From a virus (taxonomy: Duplodnaviria > Caudoviricetes), in IMG/VR virus record IMGVR_UViG_3300042275_000518, positions 32,001-96,000 of that record: a stretch of DNA of 64,000 nucleotides. The stretch is one strand, 5' to 3'. The first letter of the stretch is position 1; each line of letters starts with the position of its first letter. Positions 1 to 10,286 of the stretch are shown piece by piece. The notes beneath the pieces were generated by a model. The model saw only the letters and a list, made by a program, of their open reading frames with translations, had not been told where the DNA came from and made no database searches. The position numbers and the translations under genes are program-made.

Positions 1-27
1 ATTAGTATAACTTCTTTTTGCTGGCAT
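1..27 (-). CDS. Start of an intron-encoded ORF (probable homing endonuclease), running off the window edge
   Basis: ATG at 27 (MPAKRSYTN...) with RBS AAGGGGGTGA, inside a group I intron just after its AUCCGCAG element; TATATTAT motif at 72-79. Confidence 0.55.
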
Positions 28-213
28 AGTTTCACCCCCTTAATTTTCAATTTTCCCTTATATTTAATACTATAATATATTAGACTTAGCTGCGGATCGT
101 CCAATCTTTAACCTTTTTACTATATATGGGCTGCAATTAACAGCTTAAGTTAGTAGTTAAAGCTCTAAGGAGTTTCCCGCAATTCACGAGATTTTAAATC
201 TCCCAGTTTGTTA
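1..213 (-). mobile_element. Group I intron 2 of the RNAP beta-like gene (5' part)
   Basis: 5' splice site after U (AUCUCU|UAA); P1 pairs exon AAAUCUCU with GGAGAUUU; core elements AAUUGCGGGAAA and AUCCGCAG. Confidence 0.85.
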
Positions 214-231
214 AGAGATTTGCATCGCCTG
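214..231 (-). CDS. 18-nt micro-exon of the RNAP beta-like subunit (QAMQIS)
   Basis: Follows the terminal G at 232; P10 UUGUCUG pairs with CAGGCGA; the join DPPR-QAMQIS resembles the beta DxxRxxMxxxxQ region. Confidence 0.85.
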
Positions 232-525
232 CATTAATTTTCTTCAGCTAAATTCGTTAAATTTAACCCGCTTTCGCTGCTGCATATTTCTATGCAGATG
301 AGACTATATCTTCATCTTTCGATGCCTTCCGCTTCCACTCACTTGAGTGTACTCTCTCTCGAGATAGTCGTTGAACCTTCATCTCACTGAGATGCTTGGC
401 TGCTGATTGCCCAATCTTTCAGATTTTCAAACCTTCACGATTACCTTTGCAGGTTGCGTTGTGGTTCTGAAAGCTTAAGGGTGTTCCAGCAATTAAAAAG
501 GTTTATACCGCGCCAGACAATTTTA
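232..525 (-). mobile_element. Group I intron 1 of the RNAP beta-like gene (294 nt, no ORF)
   Basis: P1 CCGCGU/GCGCGG; AAUUGCUGGAA, AAUCAGCAG, UUCAACGACUA and AAGAUAUAGUC core elements; terminal G. Confidence 0.92.
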
Positions 526-3486
526 ACGCGGTGGATCAGCCATTGTACTTGTAAAGCTTGAAATCATTTCAGCAGGGCTTAGAATATTTGTTGGTTCTAA
601 CGCAGCTTTATTGTCAATATCCGGAACATAACCACGAATTGAGTTAAGTTTTGGATTATATGATAAGCCACGAGTTACCCCTGAATTTGGCCCAAATGGT
701 GTTGCATTACCTGCAACTATTCCAACCATTGAGTCGTCATAAGCTCGAAGTTCTAGTGTATATGCACTTCCAAGATTTATTCCACGGAATCCCTTGGCAC
801 TTACAGCTGCAATTTGTTCCATTTCTAACACAGGGTTAAGTGTTGAATGGTCATTAACATTTGGCTCTGTCAACAATCTACTTACAAGTATTTCACGAGG
901 AATATCTAGACTTTCGACATTACGTCCATTTAGTTTACCTCTTTGATATCTAACATAAGCATCTGCTAATATTTGATACATCATTGCATTAACAATTTCA
1001 TTTCCACGAACACGGAAGTTTCTAATGTCATTTTGTGGACGATAACTGTTATTTGTCAACATTGTATTTGCTAATAATAACAAATCAATTGGGTCAGTTG
1101 GAAGTTTAAGATCTTTCAGAACTTCTTTTGTGATTGGGTCGATCATAACATTCAAGTTAATACGCAATGTATTTCGAATATAAATTGGTTGGTCTAGTTT
1201 TTCAATAAAGTAGTCTGTATATGGACCATCTGTATCGAAGTCAGCAAATTCATAAGTTTCAGTTCCCATTGTATAAAGAATATTTAACAATAGTGTATTC
1301 TTAATTGTATCTTCATAGTACAAGAACTTGTCTTTAAATTCAACCTCAACATAATTTGGATCTTTCTTTAATCTTGTTGGACTAAGTTTATATTTCACAT
1401 TATATCGTTTAAGAATATCTGTGATTCCATTCATTAAACCAACAACGACAAAGATTGGATAAGTTTCACCAAGAATTTTCATCTTAGAATAGATATAACT
1501 CTTACCAATTGTTGGAAGAGATTCATTCTTAGTTTTCCCAAGTATATTTTCATAGATGAATTCAAATAAACCTTCGGCTAGTTGGCCTCCGCCCTGATTT
1601 GGAATATACTCATAAACTTTCTTATCTTCTAAATATAATAATCCATTCTTGATTTTATTTAAACCGATTGGTGTCATATTTTCATTGAAGAAAGCATCAT
1701 CAATATCCATCATATCGATCTCTTCTTTTAATTCTTTTCTATTGAAAATAATTTCATATTTTGGATTTGAGATTCTGCTTAGGCTATCAGCAAGTTCTTC
1801 ATACTCGAAGTCACTTGTAAAACCAGCGTTAACAATTGAATTAGATCCAAACTCAATTTCTATATTTTCATTTTTGATATCTTTTAGCGTTTTTAATAAA
1901 TAAGCATTCTTTCTTGAAAGTTTACCATTAGTTCTTTCAATTGTGATTTTATTATAATTGGTTGTAATTTCAACACGATCTTGCTTAGTTTTAACAATTG
2001 GCAAACGAACTAATTGCTTAGTCATTACTTTCTTATTACCACCAAGGTAGAAGTATCTTTTATCAACAATTTTTGGAATATCTAATGCAAATGAAAGAGT
2101 TTTTCCTTCATCTGTTTTGAATCTTACAAAGATAGTTTCTACTTGTTTAAAATCATCGCTCGTATCTTCAATTTTAAAACTATCAATTGTTAGTGGAAGA
2201 TAGTATGAACTCGAAAATCCAGCCAATATATTCATCATATCTTTCTTGAATTGTTTCTTGTTATATTCTTCATCTAGACTTGAAAGTTTACTTTCTTTAA
2301 CACGCTCATCAACGCCTTCAACTTCAAATCTGTCAGCTTCGATTATATCTTCACCAGCATCTAAATCTTCAATACTACCAACGACTTCAACCTCTTTTTC
2401 AAGGTTTTTAGATAATTGTGCTAGTCTCTCAGCCGCAGCTTTTTTAGTTTCAACATATCTGATCGCTTTTACTTTAACTTCTTGATCGTTTTCTATTTCA
2501 CTAACAAGTTCAGAGAATGGTTTATCAAGATTAAGTGGGTTTTCAAGATATTTATCGATTTTTCTATCAATTGCTAACATGATATCTTGCTCATCTTTAT
2601 TAGCTGCCTCAAAGTCAGTTAAATTATCTGCTTTAATTTTCTTAGCCATTTTTGATAAGACAAGTTGTTTAATTTCTTCTTTTGTATTTTCTATTTCATC
2701 CTCATCAGATAGATCAACAGCATCTGCTGTCACATCGTCAAGAGCATCTGTTCCATTATTGAAATTATTCAAACGGTTGATTCTACTGAACATAATTGTA
2801 TAATCTTTTTCTGGATCAAATTTCTTCATATCTAATGGATAGAGCGCATCTGCGTTTGGATTATAGAAAATAATTAGATCAAATTTCTTATATAAATCAT
2901 AATCTAAACTATTTCTCTTAATGCCACGTAGGAATAATAATAACGGATTAATAGTATCATAATCTGTTAGAACTCCTGCTTTAAAGGCTGGAATATAATC
3001 AACCATTGGAAAGATGAGATATTTCTTTTCATATTGAACTTCTTCCATTTTTTCATTAAGAAGATCTTCAAAATATCCGTATAAATATTTTTGTAGTAAT
3101 ACACCCGATTTCATTCTTCCTGCTAATTTTGCAGTTTGAGCATATTCAGGAACTGTATTGTATATCATGTTTAATCCGTTATAGATATTTGGATTGATTT
3201 TTCCAATTTTAATCTTTCCATTTGTTTTTGCTTTAACATCTGTATAGTATTCTTTTTGATTTAATCTCATTGGTTTTCTTCCCATAGGACGAATTATACG
3301 AGGAATAAAAATACTCATCATTTGTTGTGGACGGAACAGTTTACTTGTAATAACAGCTTCTAGTGCAGTGTTATTATCTGCTCCGATTAATACTAAGTTT
3401 TGATGAGTTTTTCTCGTTGTCTCAAAATTTAGAGTACGATTCTTCACGATTCGTTCTAAGTTAAGTTTGCTTGGAGATACTAACAT
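526..3486 (-). CDS. Phage multisubunit RNA polymerase beta-like subunit, exon 1 (probably virion RNAP)
   Basis: Beta-like motifs (IPKIVDKRYFYLGGNKK..KQL; R.YD.SM.G...TP.G..SG); ends at an intron; preceded by a late-type promoter. Confidence 0.8.
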
Positions 3487-3513
3487 ATTATCACTCCTTT
3501 AAATTTCTTCATA

Positions 3514-3525
3514 TAAATAATTGTT
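3514..3525 (-). promoter_or_regulatory. Late-type promoter motif AACA-N6-TA (one of 12 copies found)
   Basis: AACAATTATTTA upstream of the RNAP gene; matches the AR9 late consensus. Confidence 0.7.
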
Positions 3526-3574
3526 CAGTATAGAAAAATAACTTAGAATTATAAAAAAAATCTAGAATAATTAT

Positions 3575-4000
3575 CTAGATTTTTACTAATTCTTTTTCTT
3601 TTTTATTATTTTGCTTTACTATTTTATTACCTTTTTTAGTATTGCATCTTTCACACATAGTTTGCAGATTATCCAAATCGTCAGTTCCTCCTAATGATTT
3701 TGGAAATATATGATCTTTTGTCATCAATCTCTCTGAACCATTTGGTGCTATACCGTACAGATTAAGATGGTAAGGATCTTTTGGACTTGTTCTTTCCTTT
3801 GCAAAATAAACACCTTTTATCCCACAATTTACACATTCTAAATTTTTTACAAATGTTTTGTATCTGAGGCTTGATGCTTTCATCCTGTCACCATCTAGTT
3901 TAAAGTGACCTTGGAAATTTAATCGGCTTAAAATAGAAAATATTTTTTCTAATGAGTAAACTTGTTTTCTTTCATAGTGATTCTTTTTCTTCTTTTTCAT
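3575..4000 (-). CDS. HNH endonuclease
   Basis: CxxC ... TKDHIFPKSLGG..NLQTMCERCNTKK; start placed at MKKKK after an AGGAGAG RBS. Confidence 0.85.
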   Translation of the reverse strand: MKKKKKNHYERKQVYSLEKIFSILSRLNFQGHFKLDGDRMKASSLRYKTFVKNLECVNCGIKGVYFAKERTSPKDPYHLNLYGIAPNGSERLMTKDHIFPKSLGGTDDLDNLQTMCERCNTKKGNKIVKQNNKKEKELVKI

Positions 4001-4025
4001 AATTAAACTCTCCTTTTCTATATTT

Positions 4026-4033
4026 ATAATATA
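4026..4033 (-). promoter_or_regulatory. Early-type promoter motif TATATTAT (one of 7 intergenic or intronic copies)
   Basis: ATATATTATA immediately upstream of the RBS. Confidence 0.6.
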
Positions 4034-4055
4034 TAAATATAAAAAGACAAGTAAC

Positions 4056-4083
4056 AAAAAAGAATAACCCTAAGGTTATTCTT
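4056..4083 (-). terminator. Intrinsic terminator after phoH
   Basis: AGAATAACC-TTAG-GGTTATTCT followed by a U-run. Confidence 0.8.
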
Positions 4084-5050
4084 CTGTCCATTCATTATTA
4101 TCAAAATTTTCGACTATGGTTTGTACAATTGGGTGTCTTACAATGTCACTAGTTTCGAATTCTAAAATACCAACATTCTTAACATCTTTAAGTGTTTCAA
4201 TGGCTTGCCTCAAACCAGATTTAACATTACGAGGTAAATCAACCTGAGTTATATCACCTGTAATAACCATTTTACTTCCAAAGCCTAATCTTGTTAAAAA
4301 TAGTTTCATTTGACCTTTGGTTGTATTTTGCGCTTCGTCTAGAATTATAAATGCGTCATCGAGAGTTCTACCTCTCATATAAGCAAGTGGTGCAACTTCA
4401 ACTTTACCATCTTCAATTAGTTTTTCAATTTCAACTGGTGTGAAGATTTCTTGCAATCCATCATATAAAGGTCTTAAATATGGATCAACTTTTTCCATCA
4501 TATCGCCTGGAAGAAATCCAAGTTTCTCTTCAGCTTCTACAATTGGCCTTGTTAATATAAGTCTTTTAATTTGATTTGTTTTTAGGAGATAAGCCGCCCT
4601 AACTATTGGAATAAAAGTTTTACCAGTTCCAGCTGGACCAATTCCAAACACAACATCATTATTCTCAATTAACTCAAAATATTTCTTTTGATTCATTGAT
4701 TTAACGTATATTCCATTTTGTCGACTTTTTGCTATTTGTGTCTTATTTATATAAATATCTATAATGTCCCTGCAACTCTTACTTTCTGCACATTGCTTAA
4801 AGACATATATGATATCTCGTTCTCTTAGTATATTATTATTTGCTGCGATTTCTATTAATGCTTTCATTACCTTCTCAATTTTTTCTACTGCAATTGAGTC
4901 TTCATTTAATTTTACATTTACATATTCTCCTTTTGTAAATATCTTAGTTTTGGTCAATGTTTCTAATACTTCTTTATTAGAATCACCTGGCCCCATCACA
5001 TTCCTAAAATTCTCTGAATTTTCAAACTTAATATTTAATTTCTCAGTCAT
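4076..5050 (-). CDS. phoH: PhoH family ATPase
   Basis: GPAGTGKT, LGFLPG, YMRGRTL, DEAQN, GDITQVDL, IVRHP. Confidence 0.95.
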   Translation of the reverse strand: MTEKLNIKFENSENFRNVMGPGDSNKEVLETLTKTKIFTKGEYVNVKLNEDSIAVEKIEKVMKALIEIAANNNILRERDIIYVFKQCAESKSCRDIIDIYINKTQIAKSRQNGIYVKSMNQKKYFELIENNDVVFGIGPAGTGKTFIPIVRAAYLLKTNQIKRLILTRPIVEAEEKLGFLPGDMMEKVDPYLRPLYDGLQEIFTPVEIEKLIEDGKVEVAPLAYMRGRTLDDAFIILDEAQNTTKGQMKLFLTRLGFGSKMVITGDITQVDLPRNVKSGLRQAIETLKDVKNVGILEFETSDIVRHPIVQTIVENFDNNEWTEE

Positions 5051-5146
5051 ACATTCACCCTTTCTTATTAAGTATAATAAATTGTTAACTATAATTAGAA
5101 AGTATTAAAAATCTAAGAAAAAAAAAGAAACCCGAAGGTTTCTTTA

Positions 5147-5737
5147 TTATTTATTCATTACATATTTGATTAAATTAATTAAATCGCCTTTACGAATTCC
5201 ATTAGGAATTGGTATATTGTAGCGATTTGTTGCAAATTCTTCTAACTCTGCAACTGTCATTGATTGTAAATCAATTTCTTCTACTTCAACTTCAACTGGT
5301 TTTTCACCAACTAAGATTTCTTCAAAGTATTCAGACAATAAATGATAGTTACGTTGAGTTCCATAAATATTCTTTTTAAGAATTGCCATGGCAATACCTT
5401 TTTCAAGGTCGTATACTTCGCCTTCTGCGGCTGTAACACGAGTTTTCGTACCATCATCCCAAGTAATTTCAGTCATTGGTGGTTGAGAGAAAATCCTTAC
5501 AGGTTTTTCAAACCAGCAGAACATATCATTAATCTTTTCAGATTTTTCGATAAATGCTTGTCTTTCAACATCGATGGAAAGTAAATCATCTTGTAACTCT
5601 CCTGCTTTTCTATGGACTTTGCTTCTTAATCGTCTAACTTCTGAGTTATAGATATTTTCAAGCTTTTCCATTTCTTTTTGAACTAATTGTTCTTTTCTCT
5701 CAAATTGAGCCACAATTTTTTGTTGCCGTCTATCCAT
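5147..5737 (-). CDS. Hypothetical protein with C-terminal Rho-N/HeH-like domain
   Basis: DLQSMTVAELEEFA...IRKGDLINLI. Confidence 0.5.
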   Translation of the reverse strand: MDRRQQKIVAQFERKEQLVQKEMEKLENIYNSEVRRLRSKVHRKAGELQDDLLSIDVERQAFIEKSEKINDMFCWFEKPVRIFSQPPMTEITWDDGTKTRVTAAEGEVYDLEKGIAMAILKKNIYGTQRNYHLLSEYFEEILVGEKPVEVEVEEIDLQSMTVAELEEFATNRYNIPIPNGIRKGDLINLIKYVMNK

Positions 5738-6281
5738 TATTTTTCCTCCTTTTTAAATTGGTCTTCCCAAATTTTTTCTTCATATTTTGTAGTATCAAAT
5801 GCTTCTTCTTCTTCTGGATTTAACCAATGGTAATACTTATCACCTGTGAATTTGTTGCTTCCGAATACTGCAATATTTCCATTTGTACTAAGAGTATAAC
5901 TCTCAATAACAATATCTTCTTTGACATTATGCCAATCTGAACCTTGTAATCTTTTCATATATCCTCCTTAAAAATAACATTTTTCTTCCTTCTTTTGTAT
6001 CTGTATTCCAAAAGACTCTAATGCTTCTATAGTTTGATCTCTTTCCATACCTTCCATAAAATATATCATCCGATCATCATACTCCGGAAGTAAATCGCTA
6101 TCCTCTAATGCCTCTGCGAAATCTGGATAGTTTTCATAGAATTTATCTATATCGTCATCATCGTTTGCATCTTTGCAAAAATACGTTATTATTTCTTCAT
6201 TAATTTTAAAATAAACAAAACCACAGTCTTTAATAAAGACTGCAGTAATATTACTAAAATTATTTCTTGATAGATTATACA

Positions 6282-7400
6282 TTATTTGTCATCTTCTTCT
6301 AGTAAGAACTCTGGATTAATTACCTTAAATGAAGTTTTATAATCAAATGTTCTTAACACAAGACCTTCACGTTTTTGTTCTGGTCTAACAACAGATTGCC
6401 CCTTACTAAACTCAACTAATTCTTTAATAGTTGCTGGTAAAGTATAGTCTGCTTCAATTAATGGAACTACTAATAGTTCACCAAAAGCTGCTTTCAGTCT
6501 TTCTGTTATCAATTGTTCCATGTCACTATAATTAAGTTTAACATTATCTATGATAACGTTAAAGATAAATAATTTTAGTTCATCAAATTTGTATTTATTT
6601 CCTTGAACTCCTGGTCCACAAATTTCACCTTGAATTACAACTCTTTTAGCTTTATATAAGTTCTTAATTGCTTTCAACACCTTTTCAAGATTGTATTTAT
6701 GAAATACTTTTGCATAATTTGAGTCACCAGCAATTGGAACACTAAGATTTCTACTGCACACACCATAATGATTTTTATCATCGATATATGCTGTACAACT
6801 TTGTCCATCTAGTTTCTCAGTTACAAATACTTTTGATTTGCTTTCTAAAAGTTCATTGAATACTCTAACGATATTTTGAACTCTTGTCTCATCTGTCTTT
6901 GAAATCCAACCTGGAAATGCTGTTTGTTTGAACTTTTTCTTGCGCATTTCTCTATACCATTTAAATCGCATTAAGAATTTTCCTAATCTTGATTTTGGTT
7001 TAGGGATATGAACTTCACGCTCAATTTCAGCTTCTGGGTCATATTTCATAATTCCTAACTCTTTAGTAACGTCATCACCAAGTTTGTATTTCTTACCATT
7101 TAAAATGCTCAATGGAAGAACTAGACCTTGTGAGATTTGCTTTCTGAGTTTAATTGTTCTGACTCTGAATTTTCTGTCTCTTAGAAACTCAAATTCGGGT
7201 CTATCTGGGACAATACTGTCAATTTCGATGTATACAACAAGGTCTCCCACGTTTATATTTTCATCTTTTTTGACAACACATTCCCAACCATCAACCATAA
7301 CCATTTCAATTCTGTCAGCACCTTCAATTGGATGCTTAGCAGCAATTTCACGAATGGTCGCTAATTTTCTTTCTGATTTAATAAATTTTGGATTTGCCAT
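6282..7400 (-). CDS. ATP-dependent RNA ligase (DRB0094/Rnl5-like)
   Basis: RKLATIREI..IEGADRIE N-terminal domain; TEKLDG, QGEICG, REGLV, SFKVINPEFL. Confidence 0.9.
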   Translation of the reverse strand: MANPKFIKSERKLATIREIAAKHPIEGADRIEMVMVDGWECVVKKDENINVGDLVVYIEIDSIVPDRPEFEFLRDRKFRVRTIKLRKQISQGLVLPLSILNGKKYKLGDDVTKELGIMKYDPEAEIEREVHIPKPKSRLGKFLMRFKWYREMRKKKFKQTAFPGWISKTDETRVQNIVRVFNELLESKSKVFVTEKLDGQSCTAYIDDKNHYGVCSRNLSVPIAGDSNYAKVFHKYNLEKVLKAIKNLYKAKRVVIQGEICGPGVQGNKYKFDELKLFIFNVIIDNVKLNYSDMEQLITERLKAAFGELLVVPLIEADYTLPATIKELVEFSKGQSVVRPEQKREGLVLRTFDYKTSFKVINPEFLLEEDDK

Positions 7401-7415
7401 ATTTAATACTCCTCT

Positions 7416-7706
7416 CTATCTTAATTTCATCAATGTCATAACTTCAACGATATTTTCTTCTGCGTACTTAATGATTTCTTCCATTACTTTCTCTGGAATA
7501 TAAGTTGGTTCAATTTCAATTTCTTCATACTCAACTCTATATCCAGATTTATCTTCGATACCAATTGATATCAAATCAACTGGGTCGTCTTTCCGCAACT
7601 TATAACTTAGATTATAGTATTGTACTTCAAGAAAATCTTCTCTTTTTAATAATGATAACATTTTCTCAGGAGTATGGTCTTTATAAAAATTGAATTCCAA
7701 TCTCAT
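7416..7706 (-). CDS. Hypothetical protein with a weak C-terminal tag
   Basis: Ends EVMTLMKLR. Confidence 0.6.
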   Translation of the reverse strand: MRLEFNFYKDHTPEKMLSLLKREDFLEVQYYNLSYKLRKDDPVDLISIGIEDKSGYRVEYEEIEIEPTYIPEKVMEEIIKYAEENIVEVMTLMKLR

Positions 7707-7708
7707 AA

Positions 7709-8308
7709 TTATTCTTCCAATTTTTTTAACAGTAATAAGTCTGGAACTATGTCATCATATTTGCAATGGATTTCTTCTTCATACTTTTCAATCCAATCTA
7801 AAACAGTTTCTCTTGACCATCTACTTTGATTTGTAACTATTTCTAACATTTTTTCAGACTCTTCTGTACCTGTTCTAAGTTTATAAATAATATCAAGTTG
7901 TGAATCTTCTCTTAATCTTGATAGCCTTAACTTAATAGATGATGTGATTCTTCTTTTTGAAGAAGCATCATCCGTAGACATTTCGAATCTTGAATCCTCT
8001 ACTACTAATGTTTTGCTAAGATATGTGTTGCTAAATATCTCACTGTCTAGTCCTTCTAAAACAACTATATCGTATGTAAGAAACATAAATTCTTTTGTTA
8101 ACGCCTCTGGAATTCTAATTTCTAGGTCTATTCCATATCTTCCATCACTTGATATTGAAAAATTTTTTAACTCATCTAGTTTTAGTGTAAATATCTGAAC
8201 CCTGTCCTCAAATTTTTCTCTTACTGCCATTTCTGAATCCATATGTGGTATAATCATCCTTCCTGGTTGTGTTATTTTTATTATAGGTCTTTTATTGTTA
8301 TTGCTCAT
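7709..8308 (-). CDS. Hypothetical protein with a weak C-terminal tag
   Basis: Ends DDIVPDLLLLKKLEE. Confidence 0.6.
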   Translation of the reverse strand: MSNNNKRPIIKITQPGRMIIPHMDSEMAVREKFEDRVQIFTLKLDELKNFSISSDGRYGIDLEIRIPEALTKEFMFLTYDIVVLEGLDSEIFSNTYLSKTLVVEDSRFEMSTDDASSKRRITSSIKLRLSRLREDSQLDIIYKLRTGTEESEKMLEIVTNQSRWSRETVLDWIEKYEEEIHCKYDDIVPDLLLLKKLEE

Positions 8309-8855
8309 CTTTTCTCACCAAAAGTGTATGTGTTTTCAGTATAGTTTCAAATAACAATAACTCTGAATTTATAAGATAGTCAAATGGAATTTCAGCAAAA
8401 TGTGTTTTGTCTCCATAGATTCTCTTATCTCTGACTTCAATTGGGTCTCCTCGTTTTTCAAAACGTTCAAGTAACGTATAGTCGTTCTCTTCCATTTTGA
8501 TTACAATTATTTCGAATTGGTCTGCCATTTTCTCTTTAACTTGTCTTAAACCATTTGGTTCAATAATTGCGATATTGACCTTTTCAGTATTAAACGCAGC
8601 TTTTGCTAAACCATAATAATTTCCATTATAAAAGACATGCTCAACTAATTCGTCATTAGCTAACATCTCTTCAAATCGTTCACGGGTAATGAAATTATAA
8701 TCAATTCCTGGTATTTCTCCTGGTCTTGAATCTCTACTTGTCACACTGACTGCCTCGTGAATTTGGTCTCCATATAAATCTTGAATCTTTCGAACCATTG
8801 TTGTTTTTCCAACACAGCTCCTACCAAATAATATGATTAGTAAATTTTTCTCCAT
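8298..8855 (-). CDS. gmk: Guanylate kinase
   Basis: GRSCVGKTT; TSRDSRPGEIPGIDYNFI; YNGNYYG. Confidence 0.92.
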   Translation of the reverse strand: MEKNLLIILFGRSCVGKTTMVRKIQDLYGDQIHEAVSVTSRDSRPGEIPGIDYNFITRERFEEMLANDELVEHVFYNGNYYGLAKAAFNTEKVNIAIIEPNGLRQVKEKMADQFEIIVIKMEENDYTLLERFEKRGDPIEVRDKRIYGDKTHFAEIPFDYLINSELLLFETILKTHTLLVRKDEQ

Positions 8856-8883
8856 GTTCTTTCTCCTTCTTGTCTAATCTGTT

Positions 8884-9318
8884 GTGTCATACATTAAAGT
8901 AAATAGTGCGTTCAGGAAGCTCAGAGAGTAGCTAAGTTCTCTGAGCTTCACGTTTAGCCATTTAAGAGTTCCTGTTTTTAAGATGATATATTAGCGAATC
9001 ACTAATAGTATCTATGACACTTTAATATCTTTTATACATTAGTAATAATAGAGAGAATCGGGCTATCATAAATGTTTATTTTTCTTGACGGAAAATAAAA
9101 TTTAGGTGTGCCGGATTCACGGTATATTATATTAATTTGTATTTCCCAATTTTTAGTCTAGCGTAACACTAGAATTTCTATAAAAGATTTCCTTATACTA
9201 TCACAAAACGCATATTTTGGCCTGCGAAGTTTCTCGACGGAACTTCGCGGTAAATATATGCGTTTAAAATTTTTTTAAGCGCATAATTTTAGCGTAACAC
9301 TAAAATGGTCTATAAGGA
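8884..9318 (+). ncRNA. Tandem array of three structured non-coding units (8884-9020, 9027-9188, 9190-9318)
   Basis: Each unit is closed by a different terminal helix and has a TAG-CGWAWCA-CTA hairpin before TC plus the 3' helix strand; G-U pairs favour the + strand. Confidence 0.6.
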
Positions 9319-9323
9319 TTTAA

Positions 9324-9854
9324 TTAGCAGCGGTCATGTTCTGCATAAAATCTTGCCAATGTAAATAGATAATCAGACAAACGATTTAAGAACTCTAAAA
9401 TATTAGGTTGCTTAACCATAAGTGACTTTCCGTCCTGTGAATAACACTGTTTAATAAACTCCCTCTCAAGTTTTCTAACAGTTGTTCGAGCTAAATGCAA
9501 TTGAGCGGCAATTGGGTGTCCAATAGGAAGAATAAAATGGCCTAGCGGGTCTAAAAGAACATCAATTTCATCTATCCATTTTTCCATTCTTTGAACTAGC
9601 ATGTTGTCTGCTAAGTCTTCTTTCTTATATAGACTTGCTGAAATTTTATAGAAGTGTCTCATAACTTCTTCTAGCTGTCTTTTGAAAAATACTGCTTCTG
9701 GTGATATCATTTCATAGATAACTCCCAGCATTGCTTGCGCCTCATCAATAGTCCCGAATAATGTGAAAATTGGGTCTGATTTCAATTTTCTTCCATCTGG
9801 ACTCTGACTAAAACCTTCATCGCCTGTTTTTGTGTAAATTTTGGCTTTGCTCAT
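9324..9854 (-). CDS. pduO: PduO-type ATP:cob(I)alamin adenosyltransferase
   Basis: KIYTKTGDEG, GTIDEAQA, FILP, HLARTTVRKLER, FLNRLSDYLFTLAR. Confidence 0.93.
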   Translation of the reverse strand: MSKAKIYTKTGDEGFSQSPDGRKLKSDPIFTLFGTIDEAQAMLGVIYEMISPEAVFFKRQLEEVMRHFYKISASLYKKEDLADNMLVQRMEKWIDEIDVLLDPLGHFILPIGHPIAAQLHLARTTVRKLEREFIKQCYSQDGKSLMVKQPNILEFLNRLSDYLFTLARFYAEHDRC

Positions 9855-9863
9855 AATTCCCCC

Positions 9864-10286
9864 TTATTGTAATTTAGCCCATAATTTTAAATCTTCTGAT
9901 GCTTTTTTGTTTAATTCAGTTAACCTGACTATTCTTTCAGGCCACCAATTTGTTTTGTCATCACTATTTTGAATATAGTCCAATATATCTACATCCACTT
10001 TGCACTTCACTAATAGATAGTCTGCTATTGAGAATATCTCTCCAGTGCTTGTGTTAAATGATATAATATCAAAGATATTAATATCTTCTTTTACTATTTT
10101 ATCAGCTATTTGTTTCCTGGTCCAACTGAATCTAGGTCTATCAGTATTACGATAGTGAAATCTTATATTATACGAATCTTTATATTCGAGAAAGTCTGTG
10201 AAACTTCTCAAATGCCCATAAAAACTTGAAGGCTTGGCTCTCAATAGTTTTAATATTTCTTCTTTATAATATTGATAGTTATCCAT
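9864..10286 (-). CDS. Hypothetical protein with C-terminal tag
   Basis: Ends SEDLKLWAKLQ. Confidence 0.7.
   Translation of the reverse strand: MDNYQYYKEEILKLLRAKPSSFYGHLRSFTDFLEYKDSYNIRFHYRNTDRPRFSWTRKQIADKIVKEDINIFDIISFNTSTGEIFSIADYLLVKCKVDVDILDYIQNSDDKTNWWPERIVRLTELNKKASEDLKLWAKLQ

Noticed and set aside
523-525. Stop-codon reassignment or pseudogenisation to explain the truncated RNAP and DNA polymerase ORFs
   Set aside because: The stops fall at or just inside group I intron 5' ends, and splicing restores the conserved motifs. Other genes read normally in the standard code.
8884-9318. CRISPR array or integron attC array
   Set aside because: There are no identical repeats with regular spacers, no RYYYAAC/GTTRRRY ends, and no cas or integrase gene in the window.
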